Source: Escherichia phage vB_Eco_NicPhage
Length of the DNA: 64,000 nucleotides
Direction: 5' to 3' (one strand)
Sequence record: OY726582
Each line of letters opens with the position of its first letter. The stretch's first letter is position 1. The position numbers and the translations under genes were made by a program. Under the pieces are notes generated by a model. That model was not told the DNA's origin and made no database searches. It saw only the letters and a list, made by a program, of their open reading frames with translations. Shown in pieces: positions 62,318 through 64,000 of this stretch.

Positions 62318-63220
62318 TTATAGACCGGCTAACAGGTCATCGAGGTCACCATCATCAGAGGACGAGGTAGAACTCATGAAGTCATCTTCAGTTTTTGCAG
62401 AACTAAAGGCTTCCATGTCTTTATCGAAATCGTCAAGGTCAGAAGCAACTTTATCTGCAACAGAAGCTGCTGCGGCTGCTGCACCACCAAGAGCGGCAGT
62501 ACCAAGAACCTTAGCGAAAGATTCATTTAATTTTTCAAAGGATTTGAACTGGTCTTTAGCCGTCAAAGTAGTAAGGTCTACCATCTGGTCATATAGTTCT
62601 TTCTGGAATGCTTCATCATTAATACGAGGAATTTCAGATTGACCCAAGAATTTAGATTCGTCATAGTTGCTAAAACCGGAAACCTGCTTAGCTTTCAGAA
62701 CGAAGTTGGCACCTTCAAACGGACAAGTAACATCAACTGGAGTTTCACCCATTTCGGTATCAACAGCAATCATTGCATTGATTTTGTCCCAAATCTTTTT
62801 ACCGAAACGATATTTAAATACTTTACCTTCGTTATCTGGAGCTTGAGGGTCTTTAACAACCAGAATATTAGCCCAATAAGAAGTTTTACGTTTCAGTTGA
62901 GAATATTCATTTTTGTTGGTATTGTACAGGTCATTTTTACTAATGTACTGACATACAGGACAAGAGTCATAATCACCATGTGTAGAAGAGCAATTTTCAA
63001 TATACCATTTACCATTTTTCTTGAAACCGTGGTTAACAAGAATTGCAAATGGTAGTGCATCATCAGTTTTTGCTGGCAAGAAACGAATTACCGCTTGACC
63101 ATTACCGGATGCATCTAGCTTCAGCTTCCATTCGCCTTTATCTTCTGAAGAGAAACCTTTGTTACCATTCAGTTTAGCCATTTGAGCAGCGAGGTCAGCA
63201 GTAGATTTACGTTTAAACAT
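62318..63220 (-). CDS. 32: Single-stranded DNA-binding protein gp32
   Basis: 300 aa (T4 301); N-terminus [35 protein letters not shown]; zinc-binding Cys/His region; acidic C-terminal tail. Confidence 0.95.
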   Translation of the reverse strand: MFKRKSTADLAAQMAKLNGNKGFSSEDKGEWKLKLDASGNGQAVIRFLPAKTDDALPFAILVNHGFKKNGKWYIENCSSTHGDYDSCPVCQYISKNDLYNTNKNEYSQLKRKTSYWANILVVKDPQAPDNEGKVFKYRFGKKIWDKINAMIAVDTEMGETPVDVTCPFEGANFVLKAKQVSGFSNYDESKFLGQSEIPRINDEAFQKELYDQMVDLTTLTAKDQFKSFEKLNESFAKVLGTAALGGAAAAAASVADKVASDLDDFDKDMEAFSSAKTEDDFMSSTSSSDDGDLDDLLAGL

Positions 63221-63300
63221 GGATTATTACCTTTTATTTAGATTATTTAATTTATTTACAGTTGGTTGCTACGACACTTATACCTCGTAGCTGGTATGAT
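63221..63300 (-). promoter_or_regulatory. Gene 32 mRNA leader, candidate autoregulatory translational operator
   Basis: AU-rich, largely unstructured-looking 80-nt leader upstream of the gp32 start; T4 gp32 is known to autoregulate by binding its own leader; assignment by analogy only. Confidence 0.35.
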
Positions 63301-63301
63301 T

Positions 63302-63309
63302 TATTTATA
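63302..63309 (-). promoter_or_regulatory. Minus-strand late promoter TATAAATA upstream of gene 32
   Basis: Reverse complement of plus-strand tatttata about 80 nt upstream of the gp32 ATG. Confidence 0.45.
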
Positions 63310-63338
63310 AAGTAATTTTAACACACAAGAAATAAAGC

Positions 63339-63992
63339 TTAATACTTACATGATTTGATTGTTTCTATGAACAATTTCTTAGCAACATTTCCATCGATTT
63401 GAAGTATTTTTCGATATGCCTTTAATTTGGTAGAATAATTTTGCCAGACTAAGTTATCGGTGAGTTCGTCGTGCTTATCTATAATATTCAAAAACGAGTC
63501 CAACAATAAGAAAGTTTCAAATGAAATTATATTGCTTTGTAGCAATTTAAATATGTAGCTCGACTGAACGTTGTTATTATAATCAAATATCTCTTGAAGC
63601 GCACTAACTTCAACTTTCTTACTGAAATAGTAGATGTTACGTACGTCTTCAGCAAACGTCTCCTTGGCTTGTTTGAGACGTCCAATATATTCCCTATAGA
63701 AAACTAATGCATCAGCGTCTGATATCTCACCAATCCATGCGTCTTGGTTAGCAACTAAGTTGCTTATGAATATCAAGGTGAGTTCCTTCAATTTATATTT
63801 CTCTGCTAGTTTTTCAAAGAAATATTTATCTCGGCGTTTTTGATACGCATTATCCGAAACACGCATGCACCAGTTATATTTGATTACGTCATACCGACCA
63901 TTAAAATGTTGTTTGCACATCAAGTATAGTTTGTATACCGATTTTCCGTTAATATAACGTTCTCCATCAGGAGGCATGCGTATTTTAATCAT
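63339..63992 (-). CDS. 59: Helicase loader gp59
   Basis: 217 aa, identical to T4 gp59 length; near-identical to remembered T4 gp59. Confidence 0.9.
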   Translation of the reverse strand: MIKIRMPPDGERYINGKSVYKLYLMCKQHFNGRYDVIKYNWCMRVSDNAYQKRRDKYFFEKLAEKYKLKELTLIFISNLVANQDAWIGEISDADALVFYREYIGRLKQAKETFAEDVRNIYYFSKKVEVSALQEIFDYNNNVQSSYIFKLLQSNIISFETFLLLDSFLNIIDKHDELTDNLVWQNYSTKLKAYRKILQIDGNVAKKLFIETIKSCKY

Positions 63993-64000
63993 AATAAGAA

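Noticed and set aside
62376-63055. Plus-strand ORFs of 88 and 138 aa
   Set aside because: Antisense within gene 32; no signals.

Overview
This window reads as a contiguous ~64 kb segment of a T4-like (Tequatrovirus-type) myovirus genome, with gene order and protein lengths matching T4 almost gene for gene. All calls rest on reading the ORF translations and the DNA by eye against remembered T4 proteins and motifs; no searches were run and coordinates of short motifs were hand-counted. Plus strand carries the late structural module: baseplate gp7 (5'-truncated by the window edge), gp8-gp12, fibritin, neck gp13/gp14, gp15, terminase gp16/gp17, sheath gp18, tube gp19, portal gp20, prohead core gp67/gp68, protease gp21, scaffold gp22, major capsid gp23 and vertex gp24. 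Then come rnlB-hoc-inh (minus), uvsW/uvsW.1 (plus), uvsY-gp25-gp26 (minus) and the hub module gp51-gp27-gp28-gp29-gp48-gp54 (plus). The last ~25 kb is a minus-strand early region: alt, DNA ligase gp30, 30.x-like small genes, rIII, gp31, cd, pseT, a spanin pair, alc, rnlA, denA, nrdB, nrdA, td, frd, gp32 and gp59. Main deviations from the T4 plan: (1) a complete AroF/AroG-type DAHP synthase gene, apparently catalytically intact, translationally coupled to cd; (2) a perfect 127-bp tandem duplication inside gene 15 that frameshifts this essential tail gene into two ORFs; (3) a GIY-YIG homing-endonuclease-like gene between genes 13 and 14, plus a SegE-like one between inh and uvsW; (4) intron-less td and nrdB with no endonuclease gene between nrdA and nrdB; (5) an early-promoter-driven minus-strand ORF between gp23 and gp24; (6) a ~290-bp ORF-free island next to rIII. 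Regulatory grammar is readable throughout: TATAAATA late promoters, TTTACA-N16/17-TACTAT-type early promoters, and a family of GC-stem UUCG-tetraloop terminators, three with an identical stem. No tRNA, rRNA, CRISPR array or integrase was seen.
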